Positions 1-7,033 of a DNA stretch of 21,488 nt are shown here, one piece after another. This DNA is from Pseudobdellovibrionaceae bacterium (GTDB lineage: Bacteria; Bdellovibrionota; Bdellovibrionia; Bdellovibrionales; Bdellovibrionaceae): contig JBDHWW010000048.1 of assembly GCA_039810425.1 (NCBI GenBank), positions 1 through 21,488 of the forward strand, read 5' to 3'. The translations under genes and the position numbers were made by a program. How positions within the stretch are numbered: the first letter of the stretch is position 1; each line of letters begins with the position of its first letter. The notes under the pieces are model-generated. The model was not told the origin of the DNA and did not search any database. It worked only from the letters and a program-made list of their open reading frames with translations.

Positions 1-120
1 ACTGGTGGTGAACAAGGCGGCGGCACTGGTGGTGAACAAGGCGGCGGCACTGGTGGTGAACAAGGCGGCGGCACTGGCGGTGAACAAGGCGGTGGCACTG
101 GCGGTGAACAAGGCGGTGGT
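1..120 (+). repeat. Coding tandem repeat, at least 5 x 24 bp (ACTGGYGGTGAACAAGGCGGYGGY), encoding TGGEQGGG
   Basis: Units at 1-24, 25-48 and 49-72 are identical; 73-96 and 97-120 differ only at synonymous third positions in frame 1. May extend upstream of the window. Confidence 0.95.
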
Positions 121-1998
121 AACAGCGGCACTGACAACGGAAATGGAACCGATAACGGTGGCAACAGTTCCGGCAGTGGTTCTGACGATGGTAACAAGGG
201 TCCCGACGGAGACAAACCGAATGACACTCCTGCTCAGAAGGAAGAGAAGAAAAAGAAAGAATTGAAGGCAAAACTTTTGCCAGCGTTCTACTTGGATTTC
301 GATTCTGGCAATAAGATCGTGAACACAACTCCTCATGATCCGCGTAGAGCGAACAACAGCCTGGTAAAATCTGATTTCAATGCTTCAAATGATACTCTCG
401 TTTACGGCGACTACCGGAATGGCTTCCAAGTGACTACTTACAGCCGTCTTGAAGGTGGCGTGGGCGCGAATGTGGCTTTCTACTACGAAAATGCAACAGG
501 TTTACAGAACTCTCTGTGGGCGACTGTCGGTTTGATTCCCTACGTAGGACGCGAACTCGTTTCCAACAGGTACGCTCCGCTTTTGACGGCGGCTCAGGCT
601 AAACCATCGTTGCAAATCCCGCTCTCCGCCGATGTGATCAACACTTGGACTGTTGGCGACAACACAACACATGCTAGCAAGGGTGGAATCATCTTCTTCG
701 CTGGCCCCGGCGTGGGCCCTGCCGGCTTGAACGCTGCTTACGTCGCAAACGGTACATATCAAGTTTACGTTGAAAAATTCGACGCAGACCATGTCCTCGT
801 TCGTTTGACTGACATCGACGTTCATCGCCTGAGCCTCCAAACCGGCGTGACGTTGGCAAGTGTCGGCACGACGAAGTACAAAGAGGTTGCAAAAGCATTT
901 TCTTACTTAGTGAACTTCAAAGATCCAGCGGGCGGGCGCGCTTACAGTGATCTCGTTCGCGGTAACGTCGCAGCAATCCAGAAATTGGTCGTTCAAGGCA
1001 TCAGCTCCGTTCAGAAATGGGATAAGATGACTCGCACGCAAGTAGGTCGTATTAACCACTTCTTCTTCGGTTTCCCTATCATCTTGAATACAGTTTGGAC
1101 TTCCGGAAAAGTTTACGAACTTTCCAATACTCAAACTCTGTTTGACGACACTTTGACGACTGTCCAATACGGCGTTTACGTAAAAGATCGCCGAAACCGT
1201 TTGATCACGACTCACTCGTCGGTGACTCAAGCTTTCTACGGTGGTGTCGTAACGATCCAACCGAAAAACAGCTCAGCGACAAAGGCTTACTTCGGTCAGT
1301 ACACTTGGAACGCGGAAGACGATAGCACCAGCCATCGCGATATTCGCTCTGACATTAACGGCTTGATCCAAAAGACCGGCCTTAAGAAAGAACTGACTTT
1401 GAACATCCCGACGTTCAAAGATCTTGAATACTCTCAAGTGGCGTTCAAAATGAACTTGGATGAAGACACGACGTTGCGTGTGATCAACACAATCACGAAA
1501 TCTACAGAGCAGGCTCTTGCCGCGATGGCTGAGAAAAAAGCGATCACACACTTCGCTGACAAGTCAGACGCTTACGGCCTCTGCCCGCTCAACCAAGACG
1601 ACTTCGACAACTGCATGAACATTCAAATTGGCGGCGCTCGTTATGCTGGCAAACAGCTTTACAAAGCCGCTCTCAACATGAAGGCTCAATATGCAGCTGG
1701 ACGCGATAGAGAGTTCACCACAGCATACGCTGATTTCGGCCGAGCTCTTCTTTCTAGCCCCTTTGCATTCCAGTCTTTCTTGCAAATTGCGGGCGCGGGT
1801 CTCGAGATGGAGTACATCGTGAATAGCACGCACTTCTCTTCTTACCACGTTAAACTGCTGACAACAGCCGTTCCTGGAACTTATGTGAAAACTTTGATTC
1901 CAACATACGTTTTCGCTCCGAACTTCCCGATCAACTCCGGTGCTGCCCGTGGCGGCGCCGTCGTACCTCCGGGAGTTTCTCCGATCGTTTCTCCGTAA
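1..1998 (+). CDS. Large hypothetical protein, 5'-truncated by the window edge; Gly-rich (TGGEQGGG)n linker followed by a ~580-aa domain of unknown function
   Basis: Frame 1 is open from base 1 (act ggt ggt gaa caa ggc ggc ggc...) and runs in frame through the TTG at 262 to TAA at 1996-1998, so the 262 start in the ORF track is internal. A strong terminator follows. No family recognised. Confidence 0.85.
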   Translation, partial: TGGEQGGGTGGEQGGGTGGEQGGGTGGEQGGGTGGEQGGGNSGTDNGNGTDNGGNSSGSGSDDGNKGPDGDKPNDTPAQKEEKKKKELKAKLLPAFYLDFDSGNKIVNTTPHDPRRANNSLVKSDFNASNDTLVYGDYRNGFQVTTYSRLEGGVGANVAFYYENATGLQNSLWATVGLIPYVGRELVSNRYAPLLTAAQAKPSLQIPLSADVINTWTVGDNTTHASKGGIIFFAGPGVGPAGLNAAYVANGTYQVYVEKFDADHVLVRLTDIDVHRLSLQTGVTLASVGTTKYKEVAKAFSYLVNFKDPAGGRAYSDLVRGNVAAIQKLVVQGISSVQKWDKMTRTQVGRINHFFFGFPIILNTVWTSGKVYELSNTQTLFDDTLTTVQYGVYVKDRRNRLITTHSSVTQAFYGGVVTIQPKNSSATKAYFGQYTWNAEDDSTSHRDIRSDINGLIQKTGLKKELTLNIPTFKDLEYSQVAFKMNLDEDTTLRVINTITKSTEQALAAMAEKKAITHFADKSDAYGLCPLNQDDFDNCMNIQIGGARYAGKQLYKAALNMKAQYAAGRDREFTTAYADFGRALLSSPFAFQSFLQIAGAGLEMEYIVNSTHFSSYHVKLLTTAVPGTYVKTLIPTYVFAPNFPINSGAARGGAVVPPGVSPIVSP

Positions 1999-2016
1999 GA
2001 AACGTCCGGTAATGGC

Positions 2017-2059
2017 AAAAACAAAAGCCCGCGTTAAAAAAACGCGGGCTTTTGTTTTT
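2017..2059. terminator. Bidirectional intrinsic terminator between the convergent hypothetical gene and msrA
   Basis: Perfect 19-bp inverted repeat AAAAACAAAAGCCCGCGTT-aaaaa-AACGCGGGCTTTTGTTTTT with T-rich tails on both strands. Confidence 0.92.
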
Positions 2060-2667
2060 TAGAAACTAAATTTTCTGAGAAAATGGTTGTCATAACCACC
2101 TGGATTCTTAATCAGGTACTTCTGGTGGTATTCTTCGGCCGGATAAAACGGTCCGGACGCTTCAAGTTTCGTCGTGAGCGGCGCTTGCCATTTCTTTGAG
2201 TCATCGACCCATTTCATGACTTTTTCCGCCGCCCTCTTTTGATCGTCACTCGTATAGAAAATTTCGGAACGGTACTGAGTACCGACGTCATTTCCCTGAC
2301 GGTTCAGCGTCGTTGGATCATGCATGCGAAAAAAAAGCTTCAACAGATCTTCATAGCTGATCTTAGCGGGATCGTATTCAATCCTCACAGACTCCGCATG
2401 ACCGGTTTTGCCACTGCCGACTTGCGAGTAAGTTGGATTGGCTTGATCACCACCCGTGTAACCGACTTGTGTACTGACAACTCCGGGTGTTTTGCGAAAA
2501 AACTCTTCAACACCCCAAAAGCATCCCGCCGCAAGAACCGCCGTTTGAGTTTTGACTTTTTCTTCGCGTTTCACTTTTTGACCCGCCGGCGCCGCTGCGA
2601 TCGCCACAAGTGCCGTCGCCCCAACCAAGAATAAACCGATTTTCACCAAGATCTTTAAGTAAGACAT
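2059..2667 (-). CDS. msrA: Peptide methionine-S-sulfoxide reductase MsrA with N-terminal signal/anchor sequence
   Basis: Motifs GCFWG, GYTGG, TGHAE, HDPT..NRQGNDVGTQYRS and FYPAEEYHQKY; GGGGAGGA Shine-Dalgarno upstream; hydrophobic N-terminus. Confidence 0.97.
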   Translation of the reverse strand: MSYLKILVKIGLFLVGATALVAIAAAPAGQKVKREEKVKTQTAVLAAGCFWGVEEFFRKTPGVVSTQVGYTGGDQANPTYSQVGSGKTGHAESVRIEYDPAKISYEDLLKLFFRMHDPTTLNRQGNDVGTQYRSEIFYTSDDQKRAAEKVMKWVDDSKKWQAPLTTKLEASGPFYPAEEYHQKYLIKNPGGYDNHFLRKFSF

Positions 2668-2757
2668 AAAGTCCTCCCCTAGAAAAAATTATTTAACCTC
2701 ACAAAGTGCTGATTTCCCGCTACTTACGCATTGCGTGTATTAAAATATTTAAAATGC

Positions 2758-2784
2758 TGTAACCTTTTTCCAGACCCGAATGAA
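2758..2784 (+). promoter_or_regulatory. Putative ECF sigma-factor promoter for msrB-dipZ (TGTAACC-N16-TGAA)
   Basis: TGTAACC at 2758-2764, a 16-nt spacer, TGAA at 2781-2784, ending 37 nt before the msrB ATG. Resembles the GTAACC-N16-CGAA type of ECF promoter (recalled for Caulobacter SigF). Confidence 0.55.
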
Positions 2785-2821
2785 TATACTGGCGCGATAG
2801 AAATCCATAAAGAGGTGTCAA

Positions 2822-3328
2822 ATGAAACAAAGTGTTTGGCTATTGAATCTCATCGCCCTTCCCGCCTTGGCGATTAATTTGAGCGGCTATAAAAAACCTT
2901 CCGAAGCCGATCTCAGAAAAAAGCTCACACCCTTGCAGTTTGAAGTCACTCAAAAAGACAGCACGGAGCCTTCTTTTAAAAACGAATACTGGAACAATCA
3001 TCAAGAGGGAATCTATGTCGATGTGGTTTCAGGAGAGCCGCTCTTTAGCTCCCTCGATAAATACGAATCGGGCACCGGTTGGCCGAGCTTTACAAAGCCG
3101 CTCGATCCGAAATTTGTGACAACAAAAACGGATAGCACCTTTGGCATGACCCGCACGGAAGTTCGCAGTGTTATCGCAAACTCGCATTTGGGGCACTTGT
3201 TTCACGACGGCCCTCAGCCACGGGGCACACGCTATTGTATGAATTCGGCGTCACTTAAATTTATTCCTGTCGCAGATTTAGAAAAAGCCGGTTATGGCGA
3301 GTATCTGAAGCTTTTCAAAAAGAAATAG
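2822..3328 (+). CDS. msrB: Peptide methionine-R-sulfoxide reductase MsrB, zinc-free type, with signal peptide
   Basis: Motifs [33 protein letters not shown] and RYCMNS; GAGGTG SD; N-terminus ends in ALA. Confidence 0.97.
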   Translation: MKQSVWLLNLIALPALAINLSGYKKPSEADLRKKLTPLQFEVTQKDSTEPSFKNEYWNNHQEGIYVDVVSGEPLFSSLDKYESGTGWPSFTKPLDPKFVTTKTDSTFGMTRTEVRSVIANSHLGHLFHDGPQPRGTRYCMNSASLKFIPVADLEKAGYGEYLKLFKKK

Positions 3329-3339
3329 CAGGAGACCTC

Positions 3340-5040
3340 ATGACATTACTCATACTATCTTACGTCGGTGGTTTTTTAACCATTCTGAGTCCCTGCATCC
3401 TGCCGGTTCTTCCGTTTGTTTTTGCGAAGGCCGATCAACCATTTTACCGGTCTTCGCTACCTCTTCTTGCCGGCATGGCGGTGACATTTACGGGAGCCTC
3501 TCTGCTGGCTGTGCTAGGCGGCGCCTGGGTGGCGGAGGCCAACAACTGGGGCCGCTGGATTGCGATGGTTTTGCTGGCGATTTTCGGCCTGTCTTTGATC
3601 TTTCCGATCTATCTTGAAACTTTGATGGCTCCACTGACTCAGTTTGGAGTCAAGCTCACCCGCCATCAGAAGGGCCCCGCAAACCCCGGACAATCCTTCA
3701 TCATCGGCATTGCCACGGGTTTTCTGTGGGCTCCCTGTGCCGGTCCGATTCTTGGTTTGATTTTGACTGGCGCCGCCGTTCAAGGAAAGCCATCCGAAGC
3801 GGCGAGTTTTCTTTTTGCCTACGCCTTGGGAGCGGGCTCGTCACTCGCCCTCGCTCTTCTTGCCAGTGGAAAAGTATTTGCAAAGATGAAGAGTTATTTG
3901 AAGGCCGAGAGTTATGTTAAGGAAATCCTCGGTGTTTTAGTGCTCTTAGGCGTCGCTGCTATAGCCTTGAATCTAGACCGCACAGTTCTTACGCAAGTTG
4001 CCCGCGTGCAAACGGAGACCGTTGAACAACAATTGCTGAACATGGTGAACGCTGGTCCCGCCAGTGTCGGATTCAAAGATGAGGGGGAAATGCCAAGTAT
4101 TGACGGTGCAGTTGCGTGGTTGAACTCAGCACCGCTCACGAATGCCGGGCTTAAAGGCAAAGTTGTGCTCATCGATTTTTGGACTTATTCCTGCATCAAC
4201 TGCCTTCGCACACTACCCTATATGAAAGCGTGGAATGAGAAATACAAAGACAAAGGATTCGTCATTATTGGCGTTCACACACCGGAATTTGCCTTCGAGA
4301 AAGACTTGAACAATGTCGCACAAGCGGCGAAAGATCTGGGAGTAACTTATCCCATTGCCGTTGATAACAACTACACCATTTGGAAGGCCTTCAAAAATCA
4401 ATATTGGCCGGCTCACTACTTTGTCGACCGCTCCGGCCGTGTCCGCCATCACAAATTCGGCGAAGGAAAATACGAAGAGTCTGAAAAAGTAATCCAAGAG
4501 CTTTTAGGCGAAGAGGCCCTCGGCAAAGACACAAGCCTTGCCAGCGTTCATGCCACTGGCGCGCAGGCTTCTGGACAATTGAAACAAGCCTACTCCGGTG
4601 AAACTTATATCGGCTACAGCCGTGCCGAAAACATGAAAGTAACACCTCAAGTTATCCCCAAAACTGCGCAAAATTACAAACTCACTGGCGCTTTGAAACT
4701 CAACGAATGGGGCGTCACCGGCAACTGGCAAATCAACCCTCAAGATGCGACTTTAATGAAGGCTCCGGGCAAGATAAGTTTCAAATTCCGCGCTCGGGAT
4801 TTGCATTTGGTTTTGGGCTCCAGCTCTGAAAAAGAAATCCGCTTTAAAGTAACGGTCAATGGGCAGCCACCAGGACCAGCCCATGGCGTGGATAGTAAAG
4901 AGGACGGTCGCGGAGTGGTGAAAGATCATCGCTTATACCAGCTCATTCGCCAGCCAAGCGCACCCGCCTACCAAGAGAGGTTGTTTGAAATTGAGTTTGA
5001 AGACCCGGGAGTTCAGGCCTTCGCATTTACTTTCGGATAA
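3340..5040 (+). CDS. dipZ: DipZ-type protein: CcdA/DsbD-like membrane domain + thioredoxin (TlpA-like) domain + C-terminal beta domain
   Basis: SPCILP and WAPCAGP Cys-Pro motifs in a multi-TM N-terminus; DFWTYSCINC redox motif; GVHTPEFAFEK, N.YWPAHY and GEG.YE; C-terminal ETYIGY...AFTFG; AGGAG SD. Confidence 0.93.
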   Translation: MTLLILSYVGGFLTILSPCILPVLPFVFAKADQPFYRSSLPLLAGMAVTFTGASLLAVLGGAWVAEANNWGRWIAMVLLAIFGLSLIFPIYLETLMAPLTQFGVKLTRHQKGPANPGQSFIIGIATGFLWAPCAGPILGLILTGAAVQGKPSEAASFLFAYALGAGSSLALALLASGKVFAKMKSYLKAESYVKEILGVLVLLGVAAIALNLDRTVLTQVARVQTETVEQQLLNMVNAGPASVGFKDEGEMPSIDGAVAWLNSAPLTNAGLKGKVVLIDFWTYSCINCLRTLPYMKAWNEKYKDKGFVIIGVHTPEFAFEKDLNNVAQAAKDLGVTYPIAVDNNYTIWKAFKNQYWPAHYFVDRSGRVRHHKFGEGKYEESEKVIQELLGEEALGKDTSLASVHATGAQASGQLKQAYSGETYIGYSRAENMKVTPQVIPKTAQNYKLTGALKLNEWGVTGNWQINPQDATLMKAPGKISFKFRARDLHLVLGSSSEKEIRFKVTVNGQPPGPAHGVDSKEDGRGVVKDHRLYQLIRQPSAPAYQERLFEIEFEDPGVQAFAFTFG

Positions 5041-5043
5041 GAT

Positions 5044-5337
5044 TTAAGATCTTGTAACCACGCGGTTCACGAGAACTAAAACAGTCGCCCCCGCAATACC
5101 GATGCCGATTCCCTGCCAACTAAATGCGTAATACGCAGGCCAGCTGAATAAAATTGGTGCCAGATAATTTCCCAGAAACGAGCCCGCAAGGCCGAGCAGA
5201 ATCGTGCGGACCCACCCCATGGCTTCACTCCCGGGAATAATCAACTTCGCCGCAACCCCAACTCCAAGACCAAGAGCAGCCCAAAGAAGTATTTTATGTG
5301 TCATGGGATGATTCAAAACAGCGTAAACGTAATCCAT
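5044..5337 (-). CDS. GlsB/YeaQ/YmgE (transglycosylase-associated) family small membrane protein
   Basis: 97 aa with three hydrophobic segments and the pattern W..LGL.VG..AK.I.PG...MG...TILLG..GSFLG...GA.VL. Confidence 0.85.
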   Translation of the reverse strand: MDYVYAVLNHPMTHKILLWAALGLGVGVAAKLIIPGSEAMGWVRTILLGLAGSFLGNYLAPILFSWPAYYAFSWQGIGIGIAGATVLVLVNRVVTRS

Positions 5338-5370
5338 AAAAATATCTTAGACAGAAAATCCGAACATCGG

Positions 5371-5403
5371 AAGTCAATTCTGAAAAGCGACCTGGTACCT
5401 TTT
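5371..5403 (-). repeat. 33-bp dispersed REP-like repeat, copy 1 (minus strand reads AAAAGGTACCAGGTCGCTTTTCAGAATTGACTT)
   Basis: Exact reverse complement of 21262-21294. Contains the imperfect palindrome AAAAG-gt-ACC-a-GGT-cg-CTTTT and overlaps the TAA stop of the upstream minus-strand gene. Confidence 0.9.
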
Positions 5404-5903
5404 TAGGCGGAGAGCTTTGCGCCTTGCATGATGGTTGGCCAGAACCAATCCAGCATCGGGTCTTCTGAGATCACTTCGTGCAAAAAAATCTGTGGCGGAG
5501 CTTTGAATTTGAGCTTGCCGATTTCGTACTCGAGATCATCAAAACCCGGGCCAAAAACATACATATGAAACTCTGGAGCCTGATGAAGCAGCTTTTTAAG
5601 AGCACGGCGCCAAGCTGTGGAATCACTGAACTTTCGCCTTTCCACAACTATGTCGCACGTTATTTGCGAAAGCCTCCAACGCTTAAACAAAGCCTCCTGC
5701 AAAAGCTGCGCGAGCTTCAAATGAAAGTCACGTGGCATCTTCATAAAAAGTTCCTGCGAACCCATGATTGAAATCAAATCCATTTCAGGCGCCAAATCCT
5801 GCGCCTGACGCAAATCTGATAACACTTCCGGCACACGCAAAAGTTGCGTGCGGATTTCGATGTCCACTATGGAATCACCAAGGGTGAAATAAACCACGTT
5901 CAT
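5403..5903 (-). CDS. Hypothetical protein (~166 aa)
   Basis: The ORF track gives 5403..5984, but the first ~27 codons look non-coding. ATG at 5903 (or 5909) is more plausible, with an extended -10-like TGGTACCTT ending 7 nt upstream of 5903. Confidence 0.7.
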   Translation of the reverse strand: MNVVYFTLGDSIVDIEIRTQLLRVPEVLSDLRQAQDLAPEMDLISIMGSQELFMKMPRDFHLKLAQLLQEALFKRWRLSQITCDIVVERRKFSDSTAWRRALKKLLHQAPEFHMYVFGPGFDDLEYEIGKLKFKAPPQIFLHEVISEDPMLDWFWPTIMQGAKLSA

Positions 5904-6055
5904 ACCCATAAAGGTACCACGCCGGCCCCACCAGAACCGAGTCCTGATAGGCCAAGGTCCAGGTCCAATTTTCTTCCTGCCCACAGGCCAGCCTTTTTGT
6001 TAGTCTATGTTTGGACTTGAAGGATTCAAATCCCTGATTTGGCAAAGGAAAATCT

Positions 6056-6988
6056 GTGGCGGTAGATAACAAGAAGTTGAAGAAAAAACGCCCCCCATTT
6101 GAAAAATGGCTTTCATACCTGCTTTTTGTGTTCATTGGTTTTGTTGCCGCCGATTTGTTGATCCTCAGCTACCGCGATCTCATGCTGCCAAACCAGACTC
6201 CCCCACCGCACCCCAAAAAAGCCCTAAGCGACAATAATATTGGCCGTGGCGCTTACAACACTCTTATTTCCCGCAATATTTTTTCTTCTGACGGCGTGAT
6301 TCCCGATGCGTTGATCGCAAAAGGCCAAGACCCAAGCAAGACCGAAGAAACCGCTCCGGTTCCTTCACAATTACCACTGACTCTTGTTGGTACTTTGGTT
6401 CACTCAAACCCTGATAAGTCGATCGCAGCCATCGAAATCAAAGGCAAAAGCCAGACCCTGTCTTACACGCCAAAGAGAAACATCGAAAACATGGCGACAC
6501 TGCTCAAAGTGGAGCGCCAAAAAGTGATCTTACGCAATCTTAACAGCAATGTGCTTGAGTACATCGAGATGAAGCCTTTCGGGAACCAGAAAGTTGCTTT
6601 CGGGGCGGCGCCCCCCGCGGCACCGGCGACTGGTGGCGGCGGCGATGTTAAAGACTTGGGTGACAACAAATTCATGATCAAGCGCGCTGACTTGCAAAAA
6701 TACTTAAACGATCTTTCCAGCATTTTGATGCAGGCTCGCGCGGTTCCTTCGCGCGATAAAGTGACCGGCGAAGTGAATGGCTACCGCATCGTGGATTTCC
6801 AACCAAATAGTATCTTCTCGCAGTTGGGAATCCAACGCATGGACCTCATTAAGGGAGTGAACGGTGAAACCGTGGATACCCCTCAAAAGGCCATGGAGCT
6901 TTTTAATATGTTTAAAAACTCGAATGAAATTAAAATGACTGTTGAACGCGGTGGACGCACTGAAACTCTTCAGTACAATATTCAGTAG
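6056..6988 (+). CDS. gspC: Type II secretion protein GspC (TM + HR domain + PDZ)
   Basis: N-terminal TM, RNIF motif, L.LVGT, QARAVP, PDZ-like S.FSQLGI...DLI..VNG; first gene before the secretin; GTG start with AAAGGA SD. Confidence 0.92.
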   Translation: MAVDNKKLKKKRPPFEKWLSYLLFVFIGFVAADLLILSYRDLMLPNQTPPPHPKKALSDNNIGRGAYNTLISRNIFSSDGVIPDALIAKGQDPSKTEETAPVPSQLPLTLVGTLVHSNPDKSIAAIEIKGKSQTLSYTPKRNIENMATLLKVERQKVILRNLNSNVLEYIEMKPFGNQKVAFGAAPPAAPATGGGGDVKDLGDNKFMIKRADLQKYLNDLSSILMQARAVPSRDKVTGEVNGYRIVDFQPNSIFSQLGIQRMDLIKGVNGETVDTPQKAMELFNMFKNSNEIKMTVERGGRTETLQYNIQ

Positions 6989-7033
6989 TTTTTTCCGTTT
7001 TGTGATTAGTATCCGCAAAGGAAGGTGGATGAC

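Noticed and set aside
1..120. Possible CRISPR array
   Set aside because: The units are head-to-tail with no unique spacers, are in frame and coding, and no cas genes are present.
5..265. 86-aa ORF with (VVNKAAAL)n repeats
   Set aside because: Off-frame reading of the Gly-rich repeat. Repeat variation is synonymous in frame 1, which is continuous with the long downstream ORF.
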